A stretch of 63,613 bases of DNA, counting the filler, from Reclinomonas americana ATCC 50394 (Eukaryota), in NCBI GenBank assembly GCA_048213135.1. It is 11 parts of 11 records of this genome, joined end to end, with 100 filler letters (N's around TTAATTAATTAA, not from the genome) between each part and the next. Parts side by side here need not be neighbours in the genome. Positions count along the whole stretch, not along the records: positions 60,958 to 63,613 come from AFZH01016990.1; 10 more parts are not named here. One strand, written 5' to 3'. Positions 63,386-63,613 of the stretch are shown in pieces. The position numbers were made by a program, and so were the translations under genes. How positions within the stretch are numbered: the stretch's first letter is position 1; every line of letters begins with the position of its first letter. Under the pieces are notes generated by a model. That model did no database searches. It was not told where the DNA came from and saw only the letters and a program-made list of their open reading frames with translations.

Positions 63386-63613
63386 CGATGGTGAGAGCGT
63401 GATGGAATGCGAGGGAGAGGACACTCACTTCGTCGACGTTCAAACAACGCAACAACAAATTCATTCACCAACAAACAAGCAACAGCTGTCTTGATGACCA
63501 AGTTCAACCGTATCCAAAACATCAACACAAACACCAATCTTGAGGCAGCAGCAGGTTTCTTGTGTGTGTGTGTGTGTGTGTTCGCTCGAGCTCTCGCGAT
63601 CGGAGCTCCGAAC

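Overview
Gene-dense, intron-rich genomic DNA from a unicellular eukaryote (GT-AG introns full of GA/CA microsatellites; ten 100-nt N-TTAATTAATTAA-N assembly linkers; contig-end noise suggestive of pyrosequencing). Genes reconstructed by hand across introns: a large SPX + multi-pass membrane + thymidylate-kinase-like P-loop + DUF2252-like kinase-fold fusion (501-7224), an MFS transporter, an ankyrin-repeat protein, two tandem TLC-domain paralogs, a coiled-coil protein, LSm6, a Nudix hydrolase, two arrays of intronless 7-blade WD40 genes (9 copies) with a conserved C-terminal tail, a long-chain acyl-CoA synthetase-like gene, a 7TM-RGS, an F-box/LRR gene, two tandem secreted EGF-polyPro proteins with a prokaryote-type domain, and a Rab8/Sec4-like GTPase. 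The best candidate for a new system is the SPX-membrane-kinase-kinase fusion, which may be an inositol-pyrophosphate-regulated polyphosphate synthesis/transport machine analogous to, but unrelated to, VTC. Next are the hypervariable WD40 family and frequent GTTGCG/GTTGAG splice donors. Exon structures are manual predictions, and family assignments come from motif recognition, not database searches.
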